Assembly: GCA_002428735.1 (NCBI GenBank)
Contig: DIXO01000020.1
Location: forward strand, 2,554 to 66,553
DNA from: Syntrophaceae bacterium UBA6078
GTDB lineage: Bacteria > Desulfobacterota > Syntrophia > Syntrophales > UBA2210
Direction of reading: 5' to 3'
Length of the DNA stretch: 64,000 bases
Part shown: one piece after another, positions 1 through 8,675 of the stretch
Layout: every line of letters begins with the position of its first letter
How positions within the stretch are numbered: position 1 is the first letter of the stretch
The notes under the pieces: model-generated
What the model saw: the letters and a program-made list of their open reading frames with translations, nothing else
Databases searched by the model: none
What the model was told of the DNA's origin: nothing
Translations under genes and position numbers: made by a program

Positions 1-446
1 AGAAATGCAATCTCGTCATGGTTTCAAGCATCTTTCCGCCGGGCTGTAAGGTAATATCCCGTGAAAAGGGGCTCAAAGAACTGCAGCCGGGCGATATAAC
101 CTACTGCGTGATGAGCCGTAATTGCAGCAGCGAGCCGAGGAGACTGATAGCGGCGTCCGTGGGATGCGCCATCCCGGCCGATAAAAACGCATACGGTTAT
201 ATCAGCGAGCACCACGCCTTCGGCAAGACATCGGTGGAGACGGGGGATTACGCGGAAGACCTCGCGGCGGCCATGCTTGCCTCGACGCTGGGCATCGATT
301 TCGATGTGGACGCGAGTTGGGACGAAAAGGAAGAGATCTTCAAGATCAGCGGAAAGATCGTCCGGACAAGAAACGTCACGCAATCTGCAATAGTGAAGAA
401 CGACGGGTATACCTCGGTCCTGGCGGCGGCTGTATTTGTGTTTTAG
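1..446 (+). CDS. pdaD: pyruvoyl-dependent arginine decarboxylase, 5'-truncated by the window edge
   Basis: The frame is open back to base 3. The translation ...NLVMVSSIFPPG carries the V-S-S self-cleavage (serinolysis) site typical of PvlArgDC, followed by GYISEHH. Stop TAG at 444-446. Confidence 0.75.
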   Translation, partial: KCNLVMVSSIFPPGCKVISREKGLKELQPGDITYCVMSRNCSSEPRRLIAASVGCAIPADKNAYGYISEHHAFGKTSVETGDYAEDLAAAMLASTLGIDFDVDASWDEKEEIFKISGKIVRTRNVTQSAIVKNDGYTSVLAAAVFVF

Positions 447-615
447 AAAATCCATGCAGAGGCGGAAGACAGGGTCATATCTCCCGGGGGAGCGGCATTC
501 AAAACCGGCATCAGGACGAATTCGATCATTCGTGATGAGGCAAGAACGGGAGCCGATCCACCGAACTTCTTGATATGTGAGTAGGTGCGCCAGTTGGGAG
601 AGGAGGGTGACGACC

Positions 616-2844
616 ATGTCTCTGCACCTTCTGTGGGAATTATATTCCTATCTTCTCCTCCCCATAACCGGGTTCCTGGTATTCTCCTCTCTGGCTCTCT
701 TTTCCATCTTCCGGGGGGAGAAAAAACCCACACACATCTACTTCACCTGCATGTGCCTCCTCGGCGCCCTGATCGATCTCGATATCGCCCTGGTGGCATT
801 CCTCGATGATGAGGAGCTTGCCCTCAGGCTGGACCGGCTGGCCTACCTCTTTTTTGTCTTTGTCATACCGGTGTATATCGGCTTCATCCATGCCGTTCTC
901 GGCATCACGAAGAGGCGATGGATCGAGACAGTCGCATACCTCTTCAGCGCCATCCTCCTTCCCTTTACGCAGACCCGATATTTTATCAGCGGATTGCGCG
1001 GCTTTTCCTTCGGGAAGATCGCCGAAGCGGGACCGCTCTATTACCTGTTTGCCGGGGTCGGGGCGATCGCCGCTCTCTACGGTATTGCCACCCTTGTGAT
1101 GGGGATACAGCGGGCGGGAAACAACCGTGAGAAGAACCGGATAGGGTATGTGCTGATCGGTTTCGGACTGAGCGGGTTTCTTGTCCTGCTCAACACTATT
1201 CCCATCATCGGATACGATATCTACCCCATGGGGAATTTCAATTTTATCCCCGGCATCATCCTCGCCTTCGCCGTCCTGAAGTACGACCTCCTCGACACGG
1301 GTATCCTCCTTCGGAAGGGAAGTGCCTATCTTTTTCTCACCGGCATCCTGACCGGCGTCTACGCCCTGGCCATTTATCTGTCCAATATTCTTTTCATGGG
1401 GTACGGGGAGGGCCACCCCATCGCCATTTCCCTGGTTTTCGCTGTTCTCGTCGTTGCCCTGTTCAACCCGGCGCGCATCAGGGCGCAGGCGCTTGTGGAT
1501 CGGGTATTTTTCAGGGGAAAATACGACTATCAGGAAACGCTGCGGCGAATAAGCGGGGCCATGGCATCCTTCCTCAGGGTGGAGGAGATCGTGAATTTTC
1601 TGCTTGAATCAGTCCCGTCGGCCTTGCAGACGAGCGGGATGGGCGTGGCGGTCTATCGTGAAGAGAGCGGGTCGCTGGAGGTGTATTCTGCCGGGCAGGG
1701 GCGCCCCGGACAAAGGGATTCGAGCACGGTGCAGGATGGCCGTTCCATAGCGGCTTTCTGCGAGGAATACCGCGGAACGCTGGAACGATTTTCTGTCGGC
1801 ACGATGGATATCCCCGCCAATCAGAAGGAGCCGATACGCAGCCTGTTCGATGCCACCCATGCCGCCATTGTCGTACCCATGGTCTTTCAGGGCAGGCTTA
1901 TGGGGGCTATGGCCCTGGGCGATAAACGATCAGGGGAACTGTTTGTGCACGAGGATATCGAACTCCTCGAAACCATCGCCAGCCAGGGGGCGATTGCCAT
2001 AGAAAACGCCCGTAATTACGAAAGACTGGAGGAAATGAACCTCAATCTGGAACAGAAGGTACGAGAGAGGACACAGGCGCTCACGACGGCGCTCGAAGAA
2101 AAAGAGCGGACCCAGCGGCAACTGATCCAGTCGGAGAGTCTCGCCTCCATCGGGCAACTGGTAGCCGGGACGGCGCATGAGCTCAATAATCCCCTTGCCA
2201 GTTCATCCAGCCTGATCCAGACATGCGCCGAAACAGTCGAAGGATGGAGCGGCGTGAACGATGCGGCGCGTGAGGAACTCGTGGAAGACTTGAGATTTTC
2301 CATCAGAGAACTCGACCGGGCAGCCGGGATCGTCCGGAGTCTCCTCGGCCTTTCGCGGCAGACACAGACCTATGTGGAGCGGGTGAACGTCAATACCCTT
2401 ATAGACGACGCTCTGCGGGTCCTGCGCAACCGGTACAAGAACTCAGCCATAACCATTGAAAGGGATCTGGCGGACGATCTGCCGGCGATCGAAGGGAACT
2501 TCGCCAACCTGGGGCAGGTGGCCGTCAACATCATCAATAACGCGATCCAGGCCCAGCAGGACGGGAAGGGCACCATAACGCTGATAACGCGCCATGAGGA
2601 AGAGGCGAATATGGTCCGCGTGGAATGCCGCGATACGGGAAGGGGCATGTCGCCCGAGGAGGCCGGGGATGCCTTCAAACCCTTTTTTACGACGAAGAGT
2701 CCGGGGGAAGGGACGGGGCTCGGGCTGTATATCGCCCATGAGATCATTCAAAAACATGGCGGGAGCATTACCATCCAGAGTGAGCAGGGAAGAGGAACCA
2801 CGGTGTCGGTGGCACTCCCCTGCCGGAGGAGGGAAGAGGGATGA
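616..2844 (+). CDS. sensor histidine kinase (7TM N-terminal domain, GAF, HisKA, HATPase_c)
   Basis: RBS AGGAGGG at 601-607 precedes ATG 616 (the track ORF starts at 577). About 7 hydrophobic helices lie in the first ~290 aa, followed by a GAF-like region. H-box AGTAHELNNPL and ATPase boxes DTGRGM / GEGTGLGLYI are present. The stop overlaps the next start (ATGA 2841-2844). Confidence 0.85.
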   Translation: MSLHLLWELYSYLLLPITGFLVFSSLALFSIFRGEKKPTHIYFTCMCLLGALIDLDIALVAFLDDEELALRLDRLAYLFFVFVIPVYIGFIHAVLGITKRRWIETVAYLFSAILLPFTQTRYFISGLRGFSFGKIAEAGPLYYLFAGVGAIAALYGIATLVMGIQRAGNNREKNRIGYVLIGFGLSGFLVLLNTIPIIGYDIYPMGNFNFIPGIILAFAVLKYDLLDTGILLRKGSAYLFLTGILTGVYALAIYLSNILFMGYGEGHPIAISLVFAVLVVALFNPARIRAQALVDRVFFRGKYDYQETLRRISGAMASFLRVEEIVNFLLESVPSALQTSGMGVAVYREESGSLEVYSAGQGRPGQRDSSTVQDGRSIAAFCEEYRGTLERFSVGTMDIPANQKEPIRSLFDATHAAIVVPMVFQGRLMGAMALGDKRSGELFVHEDIELLETIASQGAIAIENARNYERLEEMNLNLEQKVRERTQALTTALEEKERTQRQLIQSESLASIGQLVAGTAHELNNPLASSSSLIQTCAETVEGWSGVNDAAREELVEDLRFSIRELDRAAGIVRSLLGLSRQTQTYVERVNVNTLIDDALRVLRNRYKNSAITIERDLADDLPAIEGNFANLGQVAVNIINNAIQAQQDGKGTITLITRHEEEANMVRVECRDTGRGMSPEEAGDAFKPFFTTKSPGEGTGLGLYIAHEIIQKHGGSITIQSEQGRGTTVSVALPCRRREEG

Positions 2845-3839
2845 ACCTGTTGGTGGTTGACGATGAAGAGGGAGTGCGCCGGTCTCTGAAAAAAGCGCTC
2901 GAACGGGACGGGTACCATGTGCTTCTCGCGGAGGACGGCACCCGGGCCATCGGTATGGTCGGTGATAATCCGCACGGGATAGAGACCGTCATGTCGGACT
3001 ACAAGATGCCGGGGATCGACGGGCTGGAAACCCTGATCGAGATCGGAAAGATCAATCCTGAGATGACGCGAATCATCCTGACCGGCTACGCCACCATGGA
3101 AAGCGCCATCGAATCGGTCAACGCGGGGATCGACGGATTCATCACGAAACCCTTCTCCAATATTGAACTGAAGGCGAAGATCAGGGAATGCACCCTCAGG
3201 AAAAGGTTGAAGCAATTCGTCTCAGAACAGGTTTTTTCCGCGATGTGGAAGGAGGGGGCCTCCCTCGGGCTGCAAAAACGGAGGGCTACCATCCTCTTCA
3301 GCGATATCCGGGGTTTTACTGCCTTGTCGGAAGAGCTGAGCGTCGAAGAGCTGTGCGAGGTCCTCAACGTGCGGTATTTTTCGCCGATGGACGCGATTAT
3401 ATGCAGGCATAACGGGACACTGGACAAACATGTGGGAGACAGCATCATGGGGGTGTTCGGGGCTCCCCTGACCTTCGCGGACGACGCCCTGCGGGCGGTC
3501 ATGTGCGCCGCCGGGATGATGGAAGAGATCGAAAGGATAAACAGTACCCTTCCCGAAACGGAGCGGAGGATTGCCATCGGAATCGGGATCAGCACCGGGG
3601 AGGTCATGGCGGGGATATTCGGGTCTTCCAGAAAAAAAGAGTACACCGTCATGGGGCCCGCCGTCAACGTCGCCGCGAGGCTCGAAGGCCTGGCTCAGGC
3701 AGGACAGATACTCGTCTGCGGCGATACCTACCGCGCGGTGGAGGGACAGGTCCAGGCCGAGGATATGGGCCCCGTCGCCCTCAAGGGAATCGACAGAAAG
3801 ATAGGCGTGTACAATATCCGGGGATTAAAAGGAGAATAG
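2841..3839 (+). CDS. response regulator receiver fused to a class III adenylate/guanylate cyclase
   Basis: N-terminal REC (LLVVDDEEG, DYKMPGIDG, KPF). C-terminal cyclase motifs ILFSDIRGFTALSE, HVGDSIMGVFGAP and GPAVNVAARLEG. Confidence 0.85.
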   Translation: MNLLVVDDEEGVRRSLKKALERDGYHVLLAEDGTRAIGMVGDNPHGIETVMSDYKMPGIDGLETLIEIGKINPEMTRIILTGYATMESAIESVNAGIDGFITKPFSNIELKAKIRECTLRKRLKQFVSEQVFSAMWKEGASLGLQKRRATILFSDIRGFTALSEELSVEELCEVLNVRYFSPMDAIICRHNGTLDKHVGDSIMGVFGAPLTFADDALRAVMCAAGMMEEIERINSTLPETERRIAIGIGISTGEVMAGIFGSSRKKEYTVMGPAVNVAARLEGLAQAGQILVCGDTYRAVEGQVQAEDMGPVALKGIDRKIGVYNIRGLKGE

Positions 3840-3842
3840 CCC

Positions 3843-3871
3843 TTGACATTTCGAGCGTATTATCTTAGAAA
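3843..3871 (+). promoter_or_regulatory. possible sigma70 promoter for tRNA-fMet (TTGACA-17 nt-TAGAAA)
   Basis: Perfect -35 TTGACA at 3843-3848, but a weak -10 after a 17-nt spacer. It lies about 60 nt upstream of the tRNA. Confidence 0.3.
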
Positions 3872-3932
3872 CAGCACCACGTTTGGCGGAGCCATCAGGT
3901 ATCCGGTGAGGAAACCGCCAGAATAGACATGA

Positions 3933-4009
<77 letters not shown>

Positions 4010-4018
4010 AACAATTAT

Positions 4019-4053
4019 AAGGGGTTAGATTAAAATCTAGCCCCTTTTTCTTT
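4019..4053 (+). terminator. rho-independent terminator downstream of tRNA-fMet
   Basis: Hairpin AGGGGTTAGAT-TAAA-ATCTAGCCCCT followed by TTTTCTTT. Confidence 0.7.
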
Positions 4054-4055
4054 AT

Positions 4056-4089
4056 CCTGAAAGCTGATTTCCAACCCTATTTCCAACCC
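4056..4089 (+). repeat. TTTCCAAC-containing repeat, copy 1 (candidate integrase arm-type site)
   Basis: CCTGAAAGCTGATTTCCAACCCTATTTCCAACCC recurs at 4245-4275, and the TTCCAACCCTATTTCCAACC part recurs at 18643-18662. Confidence 0.5.
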
Positions 4090-4244
4090 ACCCATAACCA
4101 GTATCGCTCAGTGAAATGTAGTGGGAGCGTAATGTAGCGCGTCTTGATTCCCTGATGTGGTCTGCGCGAGAGGCGCGCTCAAGGTGGCATTGTCGGGAAA
4201 AAAGGTAATGAAGAATACTTCCCTTCTTTAATCCCAGACTCAAG

Positions 4245-4275
4245 CCTGAAAGCTGATTTCCAACCTTTTTCCAAC
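4245..4275 (+). repeat. TTTCCAAC-containing repeat, copy 2
   Basis: CCTGAAAGCTGATTTCCAACCTTTTTCCAAC. It is preceded by a degenerate copy of the terminator tail (CCCTTCTTTAATCC). Confidence 0.5.
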
Positions 4276-4635
4276 TGCCTTTTCAGGATTACTGAGAGCC
4301 GAACGGCCATGCCTGATCGTTGCTCCTGTGCCATCCTCGCGAGGCGTGAGCCAACATTCAGCATACCGCTGACATTGGCGGGATGATCATGCGGGGGAAG
4401 CCCAGAAACACGAAACGAGGTTGCGCAAATTACCTGAATGGATTTTCCTGAAATAATGAAAAGATTATCACCGTAGTTGCTGTTGCTTGCCAATCATTAT
4501 TTATTGAAGTCGAGGATTTGAAGAAAAGTGCTTGTGTGGCAGGTTTCTTTTGGTAATGAGCAAGAGGAATCAGGGAGAAAATGAATGAGGTTGGATATGC
4601 CCTCACCGATAATTATTGCGCAGTAAGCTCCGTGA

Positions 4636-7600
4636 TCACAAACCCATGCTTTCTGTTTTAGGCTGTTCATACGTCAGTCCAAAAACAGTATCCATCATCC
4701 AGCGCTTGAATCCCTCGTTGTCCATAAACTGTTTGAACAGCTCGGTATCGTCCTTCATCACGGCTGTCATTACGCGTTTCAAGGCCTTGTCGTGCTCGAT
4801 ACGGGCATTCTGCTTGTCGGGGTTTTGCCGGGCATTCCGGTATGCGCTGTCGCCCGCCACGCGGGCCGGAATCTCTTCGGTGATGAGCCGGAGCACCCGG
4901 TCGGCGTCATCCCAGGGAATGTTGCCGAACTGATCGTTGAATGCCTTGATGATGTTTGAAAGCCGGTCCAACTCGGGTTCGGCTTTGTGGCCTCCGCCAG
5001 CCGTCGGAATCGGTTCGATCTCGGCATCTTCATCAGACAGAAGAATATGCATCGACGATCGCTTTTCTACCCTGTAGCTTTCCATGTCAATGGCCTCGAG
5101 GATGCCTTTGGAAAGGTCCTCTTCCACCGGGGCCGGTAGCTTAGAAACCAGGAAATTCAGAAAGATTGAATGCTTCTCCCATTCGACATTGTTGTAGGGC
5201 AGCACCGATGAGAGGAACCCGTAGGTGCGGGTGAATGCCTTGGCCTTGCCCTTAAAATCCACCTGCCCGTCCTCGTCAAGTTCGGTTTTGTAAACTGCCA
5301 CGCAGAGATCCAGTATCGGGTCGAGCTGATCCCGGTCGGCGCCGCCGAGATACCGTTCCACAAAATCGTCGATCTGCTCGGGTGTGTAGACCTGGTAGCC
5401 ATCGAGTGCCGTCTGCAGGTCATGCAACTTGTCAGGGTCGGTTTCCTCGGCCAGTATCGTTGTGCGGTAGTAATCGGAGAAGGCCTCTTTAATGGTATCG
5501 GTGTCGTTCATAAAATCGAGCACGAAGACGTCATGCTTCTTCGGGTGGGCGCGGTTGAGGCGCGAGAGCGTCTGCACCGCCTTGATTCCCGAGAGGATCT
5601 TGTCGACGTACATCGTGTGCAGCAAAGGCTCGTCGTAGCCGGTTTGGAACTTATCGGCACAAATCAGAAAACGGTAAGGGTCTTCCTTAATCTTATCGGC
5701 AATGTGACCGGATGGGAAACCATTCATCGAGGCTTCGCTCACCTTTGTTCCGCCGTATTCATGCTCGCCCGAAAAGGCGATGATCGCCTTGTGCGGACTC
5801 TTGCGCTCGGCCAGGTAGTCGCTGATGGCATGGTAGTACTGGATTGCCCGCTCGATGCCGCTGGTGACCACCATCGCACGCGCCTGCCCGCCAATCATGC
5901 CTCGCGCCAGCACCTGCTCGTGGAAATGGTCCACCATGATCTCGGCCTTCAGCCGGATCGCGTGCTCGTGGCCTTCGACGTAGCGGCGCAGCTTCTTTTT
6001 CGCTTTTTTGGTATCGTATTGCGGATCGTCTTCCACCGTCTTTGCGAGTCTGTAATAGCTTTCCACCGGTGTGTAGTGCTTGAGCACATCAAGGATGAAA
6101 CCCTCTTGAATCGCCTGTTTCATCGTATAGCTGTGGAAGGGCAGGTGTTTGATCTTTCCGTCCGCCTGCGGAGCAGGCGCGCCGAAGATCTCGAGCGTTT
6201 TATTCTTCGGTGTAGCGGTGAAGGCAAAATAACTGGCGTTTGGCAACAGCTTGTGCGCATCCATGAGCCGGTTGATCTTGTCCTCGAAAGTCTCGTCCTC
6301 TACCTCCGAACCCGCCTCCGAGAGTGCCTCCGCCATGGCTGCGCTCGTTTTGCCGCCCTGGCTTGAGTGTGCCTCGTCAATGATAATAGCGAAGCTGTTG
6401 CCCCGGTGACCGCTCCCCAACTCATCGAGCACGAAGGGGAAGGTCTGCACCGTAGAGATGATGATCTTCTTCCCGGATTCAAGATACTCTTTCAGCTGTT
6501 TTCTTTTCGATTTTCCTTCGCCCTCCTTGACGGCGCCTATTGTCGCCCCCACCTGGGCGTATTGTTTGATCGTGTCGCGGATCTGCTTATCGAGTATGCG
6601 CCGGTCGGTGACCACGATGATCGAGTCGAAGACCGGTTTGCCGTCTTTCCTAAGCCCGATAAACTGATGCGCCAGCCAGGCGATGGAGTTCGACTTGCCG
6701 CTCCCCGCCGAATGCTGGATCAGGTAGCGCTGACCGGCCCCCTCTGAACCTGCGTGTGCCAGGAGCTTCCGCACCACGTCAAGCTGATGGTAGCGCGGCC
6801 AGATCTGGGTCTTCCTTTTGCGCCCCGTCTTCTCGTCTTTCGATTCGACGATCTGGGCGTAATTCTCGAGGATGTCCGTCAGGCTCTCCCGAGTGAGGAG
6901 CCGCTTCCACAGGTAATCGGTCTTGATACCGTCGGGATTCGGCGGATTGCCCGCGCTGTCGTTCCAGCCGAGGTTGAAGGGCAGAAACCACGACGCCTTC
7001 CCCTTCAAGTGCGTGCAGAATTTTACCTCGTGGTCGTCCACAGCGAAGTGGACCACGCAACGACCGAACTCGAAAAGTTTCTCACGCGGATTGCGATCCT
7101 TTTTGTACTGCCACACAGCGTCCTCGACGGTCTGCTTGGTGAGGCTGTTCTTCAACTCGAAAGTCGCCACCGGCAGGCCGTTGATGAAAAGTCCCAAATC
7201 GAGTGCCAGCTGCGTTTCATCGCGGCTGTAGCGCAATTGACGCGTGACCGAAAAGCGGTTTGCTTCGAACAGCGTTTTGGCCTTCACATTACCCACTGAC
7301 GGTGTGCCGTAAAAGAGATCGAGATCGTGCGCCCCATGCTTGAGACCGTGTCGCAGTATGTCGATCGTGCCGCGCCTGGTGACCTCGCCTTGCAATCGGG
7401 CGAGGAACTTGCGCCGCACCGGTCCGTCTTCATCGAGGGCGAGCGCCTCAGCCGCCTCTGGTTGTGTCTCATGGAGGAAGGCGGAGAGCTGTGCCAGGTC
7501 AACGCAGTACTCGCGGTCGTAGTCGTTCGGGTTGCCGCCGATCCAGCCCGTGCCCCCGTAGTTTGTAACTGTATCAGTCACCCCTCCTGTTGCGCCCGGA

Positions 7601-7674
7601 TCGCAGGAGTGGCCGGTAAGGGCCGTACAGATCAGTCGTTCCATACCTCTTTCACTGGTGTCGGTGGTCGTCAT
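4636..7674 (-). CDS. hsdR: type I restriction enzyme, R subunit
   Basis: 1012 aa. Helicase motif I SAGSGKSNS, DEAH box IIIDEAHSSQGG and a typical type I R C-terminal tail. The start overlaps the upstream gene's stop (ATGA 7671-7674). Confidence 0.9.
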   Translation of the reverse strand: MTTTDTSERGMERLICTALTGHSCDPGATGGVTDTVTNYGGTGWIGGNPNDYDREYCVDLAQLSAFLHETQPEAAEALALDEDGPVRRKFLARLQGEVTRRGTIDILRHGLKHGAHDLDLFYGTPSVGNVKAKTLFEANRFSVTRQLRYSRDETQLALDLGLFINGLPVATFELKNSLTKQTVEDAVWQYKKDRNPREKLFEFGRCVVHFAVDDHEVKFCTHLKGKASWFLPFNLGWNDSAGNPPNPDGIKTDYLWKRLLTRESLTDILENYAQIVESKDEKTGRKRKTQIWPRYHQLDVVRKLLAHAGSEGAGQRYLIQHSAGSGKSNSIAWLAHQFIGLRKDGKPVFDSIIVVTDRRILDKQIRDTIKQYAQVGATIGAVKEGEGKSKRKQLKEYLESGKKIIISTVQTFPFVLDELGSGHRGNSFAIIIDEAHSSQGGKTSAAMAEALSEAGSEVEDETFEDKINRLMDAHKLLPNASYFAFTATPKNKTLEIFGAPAPQADGKIKHLPFHSYTMKQAIQEGFILDVLKHYTPVESYYRLAKTVEDDPQYDTKKAKKKLRRYVEGHEHAIRLKAEIMVDHFHEQVLARGMIGGQARAMVVTSGIERAIQYYHAISDYLAERKSPHKAIIAFSGEHEYGGTKVSEASMNGFPSGHIADKIKEDPYRFLICADKFQTGYDEPLLHTMYVDKILSGIKAVQTLSRLNRAHPKKHDVFVLDFMNDTDTIKEAFSDYYRTTILAEETDPDKLHDLQTALDGYQVYTPEQIDDFVERYLGGADRDQLDPILDLCVAVYKTELDEDGQVDFKGKAKAFTRTYGFLSSVLPYNNVEWEKHSIFLNFLVSKLPAPVEEDLSKGILEAIDMESYRVEKRSSMHILLSDEDAEIEPIPTAGGGHKAEPELDRLSNIIKAFNDQFGNIPWDDADRVLRLITEEIPARVAGDSAYRNARQNPDKQNARIEHDKALKRVMTAVMKDDTELFKQFMDNEGFKRWMMDTVFGLTYEQPKTESMGL

Positions 7675-8675
7675 GTCGGGTTTTCTCCTTCTCGTTCACA
7701 CAGCAGGTGGGTCACGATGCGGACGATGATCTCTTTCTCCTCCGGTTTGCTCTCGGCCATGAGCAGGGTAACGGCCACGAGTGCGGCTGCGGAAATACGC
7801 GGCTCGCCCTTTCGATCCCGGAGGGCGCCGTTCTTTTCCAGAAACCAGAGGAAGACGGCGGCGCCGATGCGCTTGTTGCCGTCCACGAAGACATGATTCT
7901 TGATCAGGAAGTAGAGCAGATGTGCGGCCTTTTCCTCAAGACTGGGATAGACATCATTGCCATCGAACGTTTGCATGACGGCGCCCAGGGCGCCCTGAAG
8001 ACCTTCGTCCTTTTGCCGCCCGAAGAGGGACGAGCCGCCGAATCGCTCCCGCAATTGTCCCACGATGCGCAAGGCCTCCGGGTAGGTGAGAGGATGGACG
8101 GTCTTTCCGCCCGCCGGGGGAGCGCCCACGCGCTGGTAGTCGTAATCATCCAGAAGATCCAGGGCGAAACGATACTCGCCCACAACCCGCAACAGGGCCT
8201 TGGCTTCGTCGCCGGACAGATCCCGTCGATCGACCACACCGGCGATCAGCCGGACCGCCTGGTTAAGGTCGTGGAGGCGCTTTTCGTTGACGCTGTATCC
8301 CTTGAGCAGATGATCCCGCAGGACCCGGGTGGCCCAGATGCGGAACTGCGTCCCGCGCAGGGACTTCACTCGATAACCAACGGAGATCACCACATCAAGA
8401 TTGTAGAACCGAACTGGCCGGCGAACGGTTCGGCCGCCTTCCTTTTGAACTACCGATGAATCCTCGGTAGTTGCCGATTCTTCCAATTCGCCTTCTTTGT
8501 AGGCGTTTCGGATATGCAGTCCGATCGTATCCGTATCCTTGTCGAACAGCAGAGCCATCTGCTTCTGGCTCATCCAGATCGTCTCCCTTTCCAGTCGGAC
8601 GTCCAGTTCTACCGTGCCATCGGGGGCCTGATAGAGGACGATTTCTCCTTGAGATTTGTTTTCCCGCATCGTCAT
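7671..8675 (-). CDS. RhuM-family N-terminal domain fused to a Fic/Doc domain
   Basis: The N-terminus YNLDVVISVGYRVKSLRGTQFRIWATRVLRDHLLKGY is RhuM-like. The C-terminal HVFVDGNKRIGA matches the Fic/Doc motif HxFx(D/E)GN(G/K)R. Confidence 0.8.
   Translation of the reverse strand: MTMRENKSQGEIVLYQAPDGTVELDVRLERETIWMSQKQMALLFDKDTDTIGLHIRNAYKEGELEESATTEDSSVVQKEGGRTVRRPVRFYNLDVVISVGYRVKSLRGTQFRIWATRVLRDHLLKGYSVNEKRLHDLNQAVRLIAGVVDRRDLSGDEAKALLRVVGEYRFALDLLDDYDYQRVGAPPAGGKTVHPLTYPEALRIVGQLRERFGGSSLFGRQKDEGLQGALGAVMQTFDGNDVYPSLEEKAAHLLYFLIKNHVFVDGNKRIGAAVFLWFLEKNGALRDRKGEPRISAAALVAVTLLMAESKPEEKEIIVRIVTHLLCEREGENPT

Noticed and set aside
4052-4493. Minus-strand ORFs (63 and 104 aa) beside the intact tRNA as a degraded integrase.
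   Set aside because: No R/HxxR/Y integrase motifs are recognisable in any frame. The region is better explained by the repeated att-flank sequences.
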